A DNA stretch of 60,054 nucleotides, filler included, from an uncultured delta proteobacterium (GCA_963848135.1; 2 parts of 2 records of this genome joined end to end with filler, not necessarily neighbours in it), one strand, 5' to 3'. Positions 41,879 through 53,622 are shown, counted from the first letter of the whole stretch. Translations and numbers: made by a program. The notes: a model not told the origin generated them from the letters alone.

Positions 41879-42994
41879 TTATGAGCCGCTTACTTTTCCC
41901 AACTTGAAGTTTCGCTCACCATAGGTATAGACGAGCAGCAGAACCGACAGGGCAAACACGACAACGAAGACTTCCCAGATGGTCGGCCAGTAGCTGACAA
42001 AAGGAGGCTGCCCCTCCGCCTTTGGGCCTGTCGGCATGACCAATCCACCTAAAACAAATTCCAGGCGCCCTGCGAGCATGCCGATCAAAAAGAGGGCAGA
42101 TGCCGAGACTTTTCCCCAATTGGTCCTTCGAATAGACGGGACGGCCAACAATACCAGCGGAATCACCAATCCGACCCACAAGGCGAGATGATACCACCCG
42201 GTACCCATCGCATGCCGAAATCCCGCAAATTCCAGTCCGCTTGAGGAGATCCCGCCGATAATACTCCTCCAGATGAAAAAGATGAGCGTCGCCCCGACGA
42301 CGATGCCGAAAAGATTGGCCAGGTCATTATACAAATTGACCAGCCCTTCGCTCATCGGTTCGCCGGAAAAACGATGGTATGACATGTTGATGAGCAGTAC
42401 CGCAGCGAGCGCACTGGAGAAGCCGGTCAGGGGCAAGTACATGGTCAGAAACTGGGCATTGAAAACGGGACGGGCATCCGGAAGACCGAACAACCAACCG
42501 AGTGTTGTGGAGGTGGCAATGGCAATCAAAAACACGAAAACACCGAGAGTTCTGCTCGATTCCCCGGTGTGCGTCCTCCAAAATGAGATTAGAAGTACTG
42601 TCAGATAAAGTCCATAAAGCATGGCGAGCCACCACAGAGGGGAAGCAAGATTGGGAGAAAAAATAAAATAGATGGCGTTCCAGGGTGAACCGAGATGCAG
42701 AAGAAGACATGTCAAACCGGCGAGCATAACGGCTATTTCCAACATTGCCGTGCGCTTCTCGATCGGCTGGTACCGCTTAATGCCGAAAACAACGGGTATG
42801 GAAGAAACAAAGGCAAGTCCTGTACTGGTTAATGAAAAGAAGATGTAGGATGCTATGGGCAGAGTCCAGACAAGGATGTCCGTTTTGGCGTAAAGAACGA
42901 ACCCGACCGTAAAAACCTTATAAACGGTGAGCAGGCCAATAAGAATTCCCAATCCCAGCAACCCGTACCACAACTTAACTTTGATGCCTTGCAT
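41879..42994 (-). CDS. arrC: NrfD/PsrC membrane anchor
   Basis: Protein differs from copy 1 only at the last residue. Confidence 0.8.
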   Translation of the reverse strand: MQGIKVKLWYGLLGLGILIGLLTVYKVFTVGFVLYAKTDILVWTLPIASYIFFSLTSTGLAFVSSIPVVFGIKRYQPIEKRTAMLEIAVMLAGLTCLLLHLGSPWNAIYFIFSPNLASPLWWLAMLYGLYLTVLLISFWRTHTGESSRTLGVFVFLIAIATSTTLGWLFGLPDARPVFNAQFLTMYLPLTGFSSALAAVLLINMSYHRFSGEPMSEGLVNLYNDLANLFGIVVGATLIFFIWRSIIGGISSSGLEFAGFRHAMGTGWYHLALWVGLVIPLVLLAVPSIRRTNWGKVSASALFLIGMLAGRLEFVLGGLVMPTGPKAEGQPPFVSYWPTIWEVFVVVFALSVLLLVYTYGERNFKLGKVSGS

Positions 42995-42996
42995 AT

Positions 42997-43725
42997 CTAT
43001 ACCCCCCCTTTCGTACTCTCATAGTTTGCCGGATTGAAACTCCGTATGTAATAAACGTTCGGCTCTGTACCGAACCCCTCTTTCAGCCTGAAAGGTTTGA
43101 ACTTCCCGAGGAGATAGCGCACCTTGCTCTCAGGGTTTTCCATGTCGCCGAATATCCTCGCATCGGCCGGACATGCCTCCACGCAGTAGGGCAGTTCTCC
43201 CTCCTTGATTCTGTGGTCACAGAACGTGCATTTTTCAACCACGCCATTCGGTCTATTACCTGGCAGGGTCTTTTCCCTTTCCGGATTGTGGTAGGGGGTC
43301 CCTCGGCCATTGTTCACCTTTTGGAGAAGTTCTGAAGGGGAGCCGGTGCAGCCTTGAATTACCGGTTTTGAATCCCTCCAGAACTGGTGGGGTTGCTGCC
43401 AGTTGAAATAGATGACCTCGTACGGGCAATTAAACATGCAGTACCGGCAACCGATGCATTTCTTCGGATCGTGCATGGTAATTCCGTTATCCAATTTGTG
43501 CATGGCCTTGGTCGGGCACCCCCTTACACAAGGTGGATTTCCACAGTGGTTGCAGAGGGTCGGAATGTAGTGAAACCGCACGTCGGGAAAGGTGCCCGAA
43601 GTTTCGGTGATCTTGTTGGACCAGTAGATGCCGTCCGGCACGTTGTTCTCGTTCCTGCAGGCGATGCTGCAGGCGCCGCAGCCGACACACCGCTGCAGGT
43701 CGATGACCATGGCATATCTTGGCAT
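42997..43725 (-). CDS. arrB: Arsenate respiratory reductase Fe-S subunit
   Basis: Four Cys clusters; protein identical to copy 1. Confidence 0.92.
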   Translation of the reverse strand: MPRYAMVIDLQRCVGCGACSIACRNENNVPDGIYWSNKITETSGTFPDVRFHYIPTLCNHCGNPPCVRGCPTKAMHKLDNGITMHDPKKCIGCRYCMFNCPYEVIYFNWQQPHQFWRDSKPVIQGCTGSPSELLQKVNNGRGTPYHNPEREKTLPGNRPNGVVEKCTFCDHRIKEGELPYCVEACPADARIFGDMENPESKVRYLLGKFKPFRLKEGFGTEPNVYYIRSFNPANYESTKGGV

Positions 43726-43736
43726 TTTTACACCTC

Positions 43737-46319
43737 CTATGCTTTTTCAATTTTGACGCGGGTGCCGGCGTGACGGACGGTGCTGCCGCTCAGCCGCTCG
43801 TAAACCGCGGGGATCAAGTCATTGTTGTTTCCGCCTCTGGGGGTTTTGCCGAACTCTTTGGCGGCCAACCGGCCGTAAACCCAGTGCCCCTGGCCGTAAC
43901 ATTTGGCCACCGTCCCCGGACGGACACCCTCCCAGAGCTTGGCGGTGCACTCGATCTTCCCGGTCGGCGACGTCAACCGGATTGTGTCGCCGGATTTGAT
44001 GCCGAGCTTTATGCCGTCCACCGGATTGATCTTGGCCACGTCGTCCCAGGCTTCGTCTCCGGGATCTAGATCCTTGAACTCGTAGTACCAACTGCAATTG
44101 GCCGAACGGCCTTCGCGGTTGAGTTTGGATTTGTAATCTACGAATATGAAGGGATATTCATTGAGATTACCGTCGATGTAAGGTTCCTCGTAGTGGGGGA
44201 CAAAAGCGCGCTCCCCTCTGGCCTCGTAAAAAGTGGCCTCCATCACATTGTCCACGGTGGTGGTGTGTTTTTCGGCGTGCTTCTCCAGGGCCTCTTTCAG
44301 GGTTTCGCTATAAAACTCGAACATGCCGGTCTTGGTTTTCATCTTGCCCCAACGCTTACGGAATGGGTACGGATCCGAGTTCCACACACCGGTCTTGGCA
44401 AATTCCTCCCAGCCGCTGAATTTGTCCCCGCCCTTGTGTTTTGCCGGATCCCAGAGGTTCTGAGTGGCAAACTTCAGGGCAAAGAGCGCAAACTCTTTTT
44501 CGTTGGTCGGTTCTTTTCCAGTTTCCGGATCTTTGTATTCCTTGAAGTGGCGCAGCAGATTGTCGAATCCACGCTCGGCCAGTTTTTCGGCGATGAGCCA
44601 GGGAATTTCGGTCTCATCGGTTTTGTAGTCCCACACCGGCTCGATGATGGGCTGCATGATGGTCACATGTCGATAGCCGTTGCCGTGGGATTTGACATAG
44701 CCCCATTTTTCGAACATGTGGTGTGTGTTGGGCAGCACGATATCGGAAAACCATGTGAATTCAGATGCGTTGGTGGTGATGTGCACCACGAACGGTATCT
44801 TGGACAGGGCGCGCTCCCAGCGCTCCGGCTGACCGCAGGAGAAGGTGAAGTTGTTCATGTAGCCCACAGCCACCTTGATCTCGTTGGGGTCTTCGTTAAG
44901 AATGCCGTCAGCGGCATTGTTGGTGACGACACCCCCACCCGATTTCCCCTTGTTCAACGCCGGAAATTCGAGGCGACCGCGGTGATCGATTTTTTCGTGT
45001 TTCTTGCCTTTTTTGGCGATTTCGTCCATGAAATCGTCCGGTTTGGGAAACTTGCTCGTATATTCCTTGTTGCTCTTGAGGGTGCCGCCGACATTGTCGA
45101 CCCCTCCGGTGAGGCCGTTGAGGGCATGACAGATCATGCTCGCATAGCCACCCCGCACCTGCATCACCGGGCCTCCACCCACCCAGGAAATGACATGAGG
45201 AGCCGCCTTGGCATAATCTATGGCCACCTGACGAATCTGATCCGCCGAAATTCCGCAGCGTTCGGCGGCCCATTCGGGTGTTTTGTCTTTGAGTTCCAAG
45301 TTCCACCACTTCACCAGACCGTAGGTGTACTTTTCTTCGAAATCTTCTTCATTGACGTTTTGATCGAGAACAAAACGATTTTCACCGTCTATGAAATCAC
45401 CCACAAACTCCTTGTACCAGAGCCCTTCGGTCAGGATTACGTGGGCCAGGGCGGCGGCAAGGGCGGCATCCTGCCCCGGTTTTACCGGCATCCAGATGTC
45501 AGCCTTGGCGCCGGTGGCGGAAAGCCGCGGCTCGATCACCACAATCTCAGCCCGGTCGATCACAGAACCCCAGATCTGGGAGTAATAGGACACCTGTCGG
45601 TTGGCGGCCAGGGGATCCGCGCCCCAGATGAGCATGTAGCGGGTGCTCGCCACATCATACTGACGGTAGTCCCAGAGGCCCTCCGTGTAGTAAGGGCCGA
45701 ATTTTTCTGCCTCGGCGCAGATGGCGCTGTGAGAGATGTTGTTGGGGGAACCGATAATTTTGGTCATCCGATCGTAGAGGACGTCCCGCATATAGGAGTA
45801 GCGTCCGCGCATGAGCATGTATTTGTGGGTTTCGTTGTTTTTGCGCAGGTCTATGATCTTGTCTGCGATGGTGCTGAGCGCCTCGTCCCAGGAAATCGGC
45901 ACGAACTTCGGGTCTTCGCTGCGTCCCTTTTTCGGATTGGTCCGCTTCATGGGGGTTTTGACCCGGTCCGGATCGTAGACCTGTTGCAAACCCAGGTGGG
46001 ACCGGGGACACCCTGCACCGTTGTTGACCTTAGAATGCGGATTGCCTCTGACCTTCACGGCCCGGCCGTCGACGACGTAGACCTGCTTGGAGCACCAGGA
46101 CGTGCACCCCTGGCAAGTGGCCGGCAGCCATTGCCCCATGCCGGTTGCGGCGGTGCCGTTGGATGCCGCCAGTGCCTTCAGTTCGGGTTTTAGTCCGGTC
46201 CCGGCTGCAACTGCGGCGCCGGTAACTGCCGACGCCTTGATGAACGACCGTCTCGATAACTTGACATTACCGAGAAAACCCTCCATCAGATTTTTGCTTT
46301 CCTTTTTGATGTCATCCAT
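43737..46319 (-). CDS. arrA: Arsenate respiratory reductase catalytic subunit, Tat-exported
   Basis: SRRSFIK leader, CQGCTSWC, RGRY (Arr-type rather than Arx GRGWG), SHSAICAE. Confidence 0.95.
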   Translation of the reverse strand: MDDIKKESKNLMEGFLGNVKLSRRSFIKASAVTGAAVAAGTGLKPELKALAASNGTAATGMGQWLPATCQGCTSWCSKQVYVVDGRAVKVRGNPHSKVNNGAGCPRSHLGLQQVYDPDRVKTPMKRTNPKKGRSEDPKFVPISWDEALSTIADKIIDLRKNNETHKYMLMRGRYSYMRDVLYDRMTKIIGSPNNISHSAICAEAEKFGPYYTEGLWDYRQYDVASTRYMLIWGADPLAANRQVSYYSQIWGSVIDRAEIVVIEPRLSATGAKADIWMPVKPGQDAALAAALAHVILTEGLWYKEFVGDFIDGENRFVLDQNVNEEDFEEKYTYGLVKWWNLELKDKTPEWAAERCGISADQIRQVAIDYAKAAPHVISWVGGGPVMQVRGGYASMICHALNGLTGGVDNVGGTLKSNKEYTSKFPKPDDFMDEIAKKGKKHEKIDHRGRLEFPALNKGKSGGGVVTNNAADGILNEDPNEIKVAVGYMNNFTFSCGQPERWERALSKIPFVVHITTNASEFTWFSDIVLPNTHHMFEKWGYVKSHGNGYRHVTIMQPIIEPVWDYKTDETEIPWLIAEKLAERGFDNLLRHFKEYKDPETGKEPTNEKEFALFALKFATQNLWDPAKHKGGDKFSGWEEFAKTGVWNSDPYPFRKRWGKMKTKTGMFEFYSETLKEALEKHAEKHTTTVDNVMEATFYEARGERAFVPHYEEPYIDGNLNEYPFIFVDYKSKLNREGRSANCSWYYEFKDLDPGDEAWDDVAKINPVDGIKLGIKSGDTIRLTSPTGKIECTAKLWEGVRPGTVAKCYGQGHWVYGRLAAKEFGKTPRGGNNNDLIPAVYERLSGSTVRHAGTRVKIEKA

Positions 46320-46431
46320 AATGCCTCCGTGTACGGTTCATGATTGATCAGTTTATCTTTTCGGCTCTGATAGTGCATGAACGGAGCCGATGAACATTAG
46401 ACTGAGACTCAGTTTTCAGAGTTTCAATCCG

Positions 46432-46815
46432 TCAAACCGGCGTACGGGATACAAGTTCGTTGTCGCGGATACACTTCAACCAGAAATGCAGTTCGTCCGG
46501 ATCCAGAGGCTTGCTCAAACAGGCATATATGTGCTGCGAAAGCGCATCCTTCAGGTCGGGATGGAGCCGCTGTTGCGATGTGCAAAAGATGTTGATGTCT
46601 GAAAAGCGGGCCTTCAATTGGCGAATCATCCGATTGGTCAACGGAACCGAATCGACATCCAGGATGGTCGCCAAACAGCCGGAACGACTGAGCCCATTTA
46701 TAAGATCTTCCAAATCTTGAAACGCCCTGGCCTCGAATTGCCTCTCGATTAAAATCGAGCGAAGCTCATCAATCTGCCGTTCGTCCGTGCTCAAAATGCA
46801 AATGCAGCTTCCCAC
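46432..46815 (-). CDS. Stand-alone atypical receiver domain protein
   Basis: One residue different from 16904-17287. Confidence 0.7.
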   Translation of the reverse strand: MGSCICILSTDERQIDELRSILIERQFEARAFQDLEDLINGLSRSGCLATILDVDSVPLTNRMIRQLKARFSDINIFCTSQQRLHPDLKDALSQHIYACLSKPLDPDELHFWLKCIRDNELVSRTPV

Positions 46816-46885
46816 TGAAGAGCCTCATAGAACGTATATAAATGGATTACACCGACTTGGTAACCAATGGACACTACCACATTGT

Positions 46886-46901
46886 AGCAATCAGTGTACC
46901 A
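46886..46901 (-). promoter_or_regulatory. Sigma54 promoter
   Basis: TGGTACACTGATTGCT. Confidence 0.8.
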
Positions 46902-47599
46902 GTATCGCACCGAAATTACCGAAAAGAAGATTAGGTAATAGGAAAACACCCTATAGGATTATAACTATTTGAAATTTAAATATTATTTTAATTGAACTCA
47001 TTTGTGTAAACCGAAGGCCGACACAACGTGGGCCGAAAGATAGGAGACGAATGAAGGGATTAAACGGGTCGAAGCGTCCGGAAATCGAACGGTGAAATCC
47101 GGCTCAAAATATTCAAGTTATATTCCAGACACTTATACCGTCCTGAAACCGAACGATACCTATCAGCATTACCGGACAAAAACGATGATATCGTCTTGGC
47201 AATCGTTTTTTTTTTCTGACCACCGACAAAAAACCGTGGTAAAGTAGCTTAACCCGAATATTTCATGAAATCTTTTCACCGAGCAAAAAAAGATGCAATA
47301 TCGGGACATTGGTCAAACTCATGAACCGTATAACCGATGGACACTTTGTACCGCCTGAAGATCTAAAGAAAGAGTTGAAAAGATTTCACCCTTGGGGTCA
47401 AACGAAGGCTCCCATGGCCCTGGGTTATTCGAGGATCGCGATAGACTACTGCAGCATCACCTCGAAATTCCTTGGCTATAGAAGCTTCCAATTGGTGAAA
47501 TTGCCGGGTTAAGGTGGATTAGGAATTTTACTGGAGTTTTTTAAAAGAAGGGATACAAGTACCATGTGGGTAACGCCCGGTGAAAGGGAATGTAGACTC

Positions 47600-49834
47600 T
47601 TAAATGTTCAATGAATGGTGGGGCTTGCGGATTTGATATTTTTTTAGTTTTTCGTAAAGGGTGCTTCGGCTGATTCCCAGACGGGAAGCAGCCGTTGTTT
47701 TGTTCCAATCACAACTCTCCAATACTTCGCGGACCAAAAGTGCTTCGTTTTCGATGATGGTCTGTTTCTGTTTGGCAACGTCCAGTTCTTCGATGGCATC
47801 TTCAATTACGGACGCAGGCAGATCGGATACCTCAATCTGAAAGTTTTTAGCGAGCACAACCCCATGTTCGATACTGTTTTCCAGTTCACGCACATTCCCA
47901 GGCCAGGGATATCCGAGAAGCCTGCGCATGGCCTCAGAGCTGATTTTCTCCACGGGTTTACCCTGTTCTTTGCTAAACTGGTCAACAAAAAAGCGGGCCA
48001 AAAGCGGTATGTCGTTGGCGCGCTCCCGGAGAGGGGGTAAATTGATAGGGATGACGTTTAATCGATAATATAAATCCTCGCGAAAACGACCGGCATTGAC
48101 CTCCTTAAGTAGATCCTTGTTGGTGGCCGCCAGTATCCGGACATTTACGCCTATCGAATCCTCTCCGCCGACGCGCTCAAATTTGTAACTCTGCAAAACC
48201 CTCAGCAATTTGATCTGGGCCGAGGCAGATATCTCTCCAATTTCGTCTAAAAATACAGTCCCGCCGTCGGCCAGCTCGAATCGACCTTTTTTTCTACGCA
48301 AAGCACCGGTGAATGCTCCTTTTTCGTGACCGAACAGTTCACTTTCCAGTAAAGTCTTCGGATAAGCCGAGCAATTGATCACCACAAAGGGTTTGCCGTT
48401 GCGATGACTGACGCGGTGTATGGCGCGAGCGACCAATTCTTTACCGGTACCACTTTCGCCTTGAATCAATACAGTGGCATCGGTTGGGGCAACGTCCTCG
48501 ATAAGCTTGTAGATAACTTGCAGTTTGGGATCTCGACCCACCAATTCGTCGAAGCCGGAAATAGTTTCCACGCGTCCTTTGAGATTGCGCACTTCTTCTT
48601 CATTCAAAGCGGCGCGGTGGATGGCCCCAGCGGTCTGCTGAAGGATGAGTTCGATGACCTCAAGGTCGTTTTTGATGCACTTGCACTCTCCCGGGCATCC
48701 GATGAGCAGGGCGCCGGAAACCTGCCTACGATGTTGGAGGGGAAACACGGCGATTTTTTCTGCTTTTCGCATGCTTTCCGGCAATAACATACCAGGGAAA
48801 TCGTCTTTCCGAAAAAAACCGACCGCAGTGAGTAAAATAATTTTTTCAGTAACCGGAGCAAACGAGTTCGCGGCGGCAGTCCCTATTACCTTTCCGGCTG
48901 ATAGAAAAAGGTCGGCACCCTTCCCGCTGAAAACCATCAGCGCCATGTTACGGCATTCAACAATATTGCCCAAAGCCTCCATGAGATAACCAGACAGATC
49001 ACTTAGACTCGACAGGGCGGAAACTTCCCTGGAAATTGAAAGAGCAGTGGTCATGCGCTGGTGGGCCTTGTCGAGGTCACAGTGTTGAACTTCCAAACGG
49101 CAGTTGGTGTCCTGAAGCCGCGCGGTGTAATCGTTCAGACGCACCAGCATCCGATTAAAGGCTGTAGCCAGTTTCGTCACCTCTGTTCGCCCCTGCACGC
49201 TGATTTCGGAATCAAGATTACCTTCATCGATCTTCTCGGCCGCATCGGCCAGCTTGACAAGAGGTCGGGTTAACCGGTGGATGAACAGGTGGCTGACCAA
49301 CAGGGCAAGCAGCAATATGCCCAAGGATATCAAGCTCATCTGGAGCCACAAATCCCTCACTTGCGCCCGATAGGGCGCCTCGGAAAGGCCCAGCCGGAGG
49401 ACACCGGCCTTGCCGCCAAATATCGGCCAGGCAATGTCCAGAAAGTGGTCATTACTTTCTGAAGCGAATTTCTCTAGGTGCCCGCTATCACTATCAGAAA
49501 ATTCATTCGCATCTATCAGCTGGACCGGTACACCGCCAGTAAATGTATGGCTGAGCACTTTGCCGTTTTTGACGACAAAGATATAGGCGACGTCTGGTGT
49601 GCTGATCATTTGGTCGTCCAGGAGTTTTTGCAGTCCGACACGGTCATTGAGAAGAATGGTATCAGCGGCATCGAGGCTCAGACTGTGGGCAATATTCTCC
49701 GCGCGGGCGATAGCCCCCTCGATCAGGCTCACACCATAGCGGTGGGTAACGATTTGCGAGATAATCAACCCGCTGATAACCACCAGAGTCGCTACCGTGA
49801 GCAGAAGCGTATTTTTAAGACTTTTCGGTTTCAT
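47600..49834 (-). CDS. Membrane-anchored sigma54 activator (sensor-HAMP-GAF-like-AAA+-HTH)
   Basis: Same architecture as 18082-20310; GAFTGA intact. Confidence 0.88.
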   Translation of the reverse strand: MKPKSLKNTLLLTVATLVVISGLIISQIVTHRYGVSLIEGAIARAENIAHSLSLDAADTILLNDRVGLQKLLDDQMISTPDVAYIFVVKNGKVLSHTFTGGVPVQLIDANEFSDSDSGHLEKFASESNDHFLDIAWPIFGGKAGVLRLGLSEAPYRAQVRDLWLQMSLISLGILLLALLVSHLFIHRLTRPLVKLADAAEKIDEGNLDSEISVQGRTEVTKLATAFNRMLVRLNDYTARLQDTNCRLEVQHCDLDKAHQRMTTALSISREVSALSSLSDLSGYLMEALGNIVECRNMALMVFSGKGADLFLSAGKVIGTAAANSFAPVTEKIILLTAVGFFRKDDFPGMLLPESMRKAEKIAVFPLQHRRQVSGALLIGCPGECKCIKNDLEVIELILQQTAGAIHRAALNEEEVRNLKGRVETISGFDELVGRDPKLQVIYKLIEDVAPTDATVLIQGESGTGKELVARAIHRVSHRNGKPFVVINCSAYPKTLLESELFGHEKGAFTGALRRKKGRFELADGGTVFLDEIGEISASAQIKLLRVLQSYKFERVGGEDSIGVNVRILAATNKDLLKEVNAGRFREDLYYRLNVIPINLPPLRERANDIPLLARFFVDQFSKEQGKPVEKISSEAMRRLLGYPWPGNVRELENSIEHGVVLAKNFQIEVSDLPASVIEDAIEELDVAKQKQTIIENEALLVREVLESCDWNKTTAASRLGISRSTLYEKLKKYQIRKPHHSLNI

Positions 49835-50795
49835 CTTGCCTGATAGAGGGGTTAGAGAGCACTTGCCGGTAAATTTCCTTGACGGGCGCATACCAGTTGT
49901 CCTCTGGTGTCATGAACCGGTCGATCATGAGTTCGTCCAAGATTTGTCGACCTTCGGTCTCCTGATGCATGGTCAGAAGGAGTTCTTGAATTTGCTTTTT
50001 CACATGCACGGAAAGATACGCTGAAGCCACTAAAGGCGGACTCCCAAAAGGTCTCGATTTTTTAATGACTCGCGTCATCGAGGTGTAGAAAGGATTCCTC
50101 TGATTATAATATTCCCACAAGTGTCCGTCGACCGTTGCGCCGTCGACAAGACCTTTGGCAACAGCCAGGATTGAATTGTCATGGCTGTATGTATAATTGA
50201 CTTCCCTGAAGAAAGTTTCGGGGGTTTGATTGAGTTCCATCAGCCAGAACTTCGGCACCAATGCGCCAGTGTTCGATTCCGGATCGGTGAAAGCGAACAC
50301 GCGTCCTTCCAAATCCGGCAAACTCTTGTAACCTTTGTCTTTATGTACAATGAGATAGCTCTGATAGAATGGTTCTCCCCGAACCACAGGTGTTACCAGC
50401 CCATCGAACCCGAAGACTTCCTTGCCGAGGGCGTAAGGACCCGTGCAGATAAATGCCAGGTCGATTTCCCCTTTTGGAAAGAGCTCGTTGATTTCACCAT
50501 AGGTCCTGCGCTGGATCAGGGTAATGTCGGTACCGAGTTCTCGGCCAATATAATCGAGAAGCTCCCGGTAATAGGATAGGGTTTCCTTCGGGGAAATCAT
50601 GGCAGCAACGGCCACACGCAATTTTGGGTTATCGCTTGCGGATGGCTCAGGTTGATCAACCTTTACTGTCTGGGAAAAATCGATTTGTTTGTAACCGGTT
50701 TCACTGTTGCATCCGAGAAAAAAAAGCGAAAGGAATCCGGTTAGAAGAAGAGTAGAGGTTCGAGAGAGTCCGCGAACTATATATTTCGGACACAT
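49815..50795 (-). CDS. PhnD-like oxyanion-binding lipoprotein (ArrX/AioX-like)
   Basis: FLGC lipobox, FICTGPY. Confidence 0.85.
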   Translation of the reverse strand: MCPKYIVRGLSRTSTLLLTGFLSLFFLGCNSETGYKQIDFSQTVKVDQPEPSASDNPKLRVAVAAMISPKETLSYYRELLDYIGRELGTDITLIQRRTYGEINELFPKGEIDLAFICTGPYALGKEVFGFDGLVTPVVRGEPFYQSYLIVHKDKGYKSLPDLEGRVFAFTDPESNTGALVPKFWLMELNQTPETFFREVNYTYSHDNSILAVAKGLVDGATVDGHLWEYYNQRNPFYTSMTRVIKKSRPFGSPPLVASAYLSVHVKKQIQELLLTMHQETEGRQILDELMIDRFMTPEDNWYAPVKEIYRQVLSNPSIRQDETEKS

Positions 50796-50998
50796 GGGGT
50801 ACTCCTTTTACCGGTGCAAAGGGTAGGAGTAGTAGCGGTAGGTATTCGGCTGCAGTTTGGGGAGGTACATGCACCGTTTCAAATCGGTGTGTAGCACTGA
50901 ACAGTGATGGGTGCTTCGAGATGATAATCATTTCGATATTTAGCTACAGAATGCCGTTCGGTCCACCCATTTAGGACAGCACGTTATATTATATGCGT

Positions 50999-51023
50999 TA
51001 CCACAACGTGGTATTCCGGTCAA
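50999..51023 (-). promoter_or_regulatory. TACCAC-N3-GTGGTA palindrome and TTGACC
   Basis: Conserved with 21479-21503. Confidence 0.55.
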
Positions 51024-51088
51024 GAAAATTACATCTGAACACAGTTCGAAACAGCAATTCACATATAGTGGTCTTTATCACATTTTTA

Positions 51089-51135
51089 TTGACAGGAGAC
51101 AAAAATAAATTTATATATCGCCATAAGACTATATA
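51089..51135 (+). promoter_or_regulatory. Sigma70 promoter and ArsR operator
   Basis: TTGACA-17-TATATA; TATATCGC-N6-ACTATATA. Confidence 0.75.
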
Positions 51136-51144
51136 GGAGCCAGT

Positions 51145-51492
51145 ATGAAACCATTCATCAAAGTCATGAAAGCCTTATCTGATCCGAACCGGGTCAAAAT
51201 TGTTAAACTCCTCCAGCATAAAACGATGTGCGTCTGCGAGCTGCAGGGCGTCCTTAGTATCTCCCAGCCCACGGTTTCCAAACACCTGAAAATTCTGGAA
51301 GAAGCGGGCCTCGTCGGGTTTGAAAAAGAGGGTCTTTGGGTCAATTATTACCTGACTGACGGCCGTGACAACCCATATGCTGCCAGCATTCTTGGAAACC
51401 TTCGCCACTGGCTCAACGATGAAGAAGCGATTAGTGAGTTGACGGATAGATTGCCTGAGATCAATCGCTTTGAGATTTGTGCCCGGAGCTAA
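51145..51492 (+). CDS. arsR: ArsR repressor
   Basis: CVCEL motif and HTH. Confidence 0.92.
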   Translation: MKPFIKVMKALSDPNRVKIVKLLQHKTMCVCELQGVLSISQPTVSKHLKILEEAGLVGFEKEGLWVNYYLTDGRDNPYAASILGNLRHWLNDEEAISELTDRLPEINRFEICARS

Positions 51493-51508
51493 TTTTTTTT
51501 GACTCCGC

Positions 51509-51530
51509 TATATTGCTATATTGCAATATA
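51509..51530 (+). promoter_or_regulatory. Second ArsR-type box upstream of arsP
   Basis: Perfect TATATTGC-N6-GCAATATA. Confidence 0.68.
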
Positions 51531-51611
51531 TTGCTTTAATGCTCTCTCCCAGATTCTCCTGTCAGTATCTGCATCAATGGATAACCAAAAAGTATCGTGG
51601 AAGGAAAAGTC

Positions 51612-52997
51612 ATGAGCAACGGTGTGTCGATTACAGAGGATAAAAAAACTTTCGCCGGATCCGCCACCACCTCAGAGAAGACATCCGAGCCCAGCCTGAT
51701 CGACTGGAAAACCATTTGGAAGCCGCTGAGCATCATCACTGGCATTTTTCTGATCTTTTTCTGGTTGCCGCTGGAAAGCAGCCGGTTCACCGAAGCGATA
51801 ATCGAGTCCCTGGCCCTGGCCAAGTGGTATGCGCAGGAGCATGTGCTGCTCTGCCTGGTGCCGGCCTTTTTCATCGCCGGTGCCATATCCGTGTTCGTCT
51901 CCCAGGCGGCAGTAATGAAGTACCTCGGCGCAGGTGCAAAAAAGGTCATGTCATACGGGGTGGCCTCCGTGTCGGGAACCATCCTGGCGGTTTGCTCGTG
52001 CACGGTGCTGCCACTTTTCGCCGGAATCTGGAAGCGCGGCGCAGGCCTCGGGCCGGCCATCGCGTTTTTATATTCCGGGCCGGCCATCAACATATTGGCC
52101 ATCGTACTCACCGCCCGGATCCTCGGCCCCGAACTCGGTCTGGCCCGGGCTGTGGGGGCCATCGTCTTCAGTGTGATCATCGGGTTGATCATGCACTGGC
52201 TTTATCGCAAAGAAGAGCAGGCCAAAGCCGAGGCCACCCTGCACATGCCAGCGCCAGAGGTGGAGCGCCCCTTGTGGCAGAATATGATCTATTTTGCCAC
52301 GATGGTCGGGATTCTGATCTTCGCCACCTGGAGCCGTCCGGAAGAACAGGTTGGCCTATGGTACAATATCTATTCGGTCAAGTGGCTTATGACCGGGTTT
52401 TTTGCCGTTGTTCTCGGTGTGTTGCTCGTAAAATGGTTTAACGTCAAGGCTTTCAAAGTGGTGCTGGCAGCCGTGATGGTTCTGATTTTGGCGCTTGTCT
52501 TCCGGCACGAACCATTGATCGCCTTTTCGGCCGGCATTATCGCTTTGGCGGTTTTGACCACCACCACCCGCGGAGAAACCGAATCGTGGTTTATGGCTAC
52601 CTGGAACTTTGCCAAACAGATTTTGCCATTGCTGTTGGCGGGTGTTCTTGTGGCCGGGCTACTGCTGGGCCGACCGGGCGCAGAAGGGTTGATTCCTTCC
52701 ACGTGGGTCAGCGGCCTGGTGGGCGGCAACTCTCTGTGGGCCAACCTTTTTGCATCGGTTGTGGGTGCCTTCATGTACTTTGCGACCCTGACTGAGGTGC
52801 CGATCCTGCAGGGATTGATCGGCGCCGGCATGGGCAAAGGCCCGGCTCTGGCCTTGCTGCTGGCAGGTCCGGCACTGAGCCTGCCGAACATGCTTGTGAT
52901 CCGCAGCGTATTGGGTACCCAAAAAACCGTGGCTTTCGTTAGCCTTGTGGTGGTAATGGCCACGATCAGCGGCCTGATCTTCGGAGCTATCTCATAA
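51612..52997 (+). CDS. arsP: ArsP family permease
   Basis: CSCTVLP, MYFATLTEVP. Confidence 0.88.
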   Translation: MSNGVSITEDKKTFAGSATTSEKTSEPSLIDWKTIWKPLSIITGIFLIFFWLPLESSRFTEAIIESLALAKWYAQEHVLLCLVPAFFIAGAISVFVSQAAVMKYLGAGAKKVMSYGVASVSGTILAVCSCTVLPLFAGIWKRGAGLGPAIAFLYSGPAINILAIVLTARILGPELGLARAVGAIVFSVIIGLIMHWLYRKEEQAKAEATLHMPAPEVERPLWQNMIYFATMVGILIFATWSRPEEQVGLWYNIYSVKWLMTGFFAVVLGVLLVKWFNVKAFKVVLAAVMVLILALVFRHEPLIAFSAGIIALAVLTTTTRGETESWFMATWNFAKQILPLLLAGVLVAGLLLGRPGAEGLIPSTWVSGLVGGNSLWANLFASVVGAFMYFATLTEVPILQGLIGAGMGKGPALALLLAGPALSLPNMLVIRSVLGTQKTVAFVSLVVVMATISGLIFGAIS

Positions 52998-53013
52998 GAA
53001 CGGGGAGAACACA

Positions 53014-53523
53014 ATGACATCAACAGAAGTAACGCAGATCATGATAGCGGGACACCGCACCGGCATCATTGACATGAACAAGGTGATCGAGGAAATTGCC
53101 GGAGAATTTTCCGGAAAACCGGATGATGAAATAGCCGATGAATTGATGACACGACTGTCAAAAAGAAACTATATGGTACCCAAAGCCAGGGCGGACTACC
53201 GGACCGCTTTTTTAAGAGAATACAAAAAGTTTGTGGGCGAACCCTTCGAGGAACCCATCAATCCAGACTTGGTGCAAATCAAGGTGCTCGGGCCGGGATG
53301 TCCTAACTGCGAACGCCTGGAGCAGGATATCATGGTCCTGTTGGCGGATTTGCAGATCAAAGCCGACCTGGAACACGTACGCGACCCGATCCAGATCGGC
53401 GCCTACGGGGTGATGGCCATGCCGGCTCTGGTGATCAACGAAGAGGTAATGGCCGCCGGAAGGGTGCCCCCGAAAAATACTCTGAAAGACTGGCTTCAGA
53501 ATGCCGGGAACCTAAAGCAGTAA
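53014..53523 (+). CDS. Thioredoxin-fold protein with N-terminal extension
   Basis: GPGCPNC. Confidence 0.8.
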   Translation: MTSTEVTQIMIAGHRTGIIDMNKVIEEIAGEFSGKPDDEIADELMTRLSKRNYMVPKARADYRTAFLREYKKFVGEPFEEPINPDLVQIKVLGPGCPNCERLEQDIMVLLADLQIKADLEHVRDPIQIGAYGVMAMPALVINEEVMAAGRVPPKNTLKDWLQNAGNLKQ

Positions 53524-53622
53524 GACGATGACAAAAACAAAGTTTAATATTTAGATGAAATTCTAAATCTGAATATGACTGCATTAATCTGCAGCCACAA
53601 TTAATTCATAAGGAGAGACATC

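Noticed and set aside
43737..46319. Possible ArxA or AioA arsenite oxidase
   Set aside because: Has the Arr-type RGRY motif, not GRGWG; no Rieske subunit.
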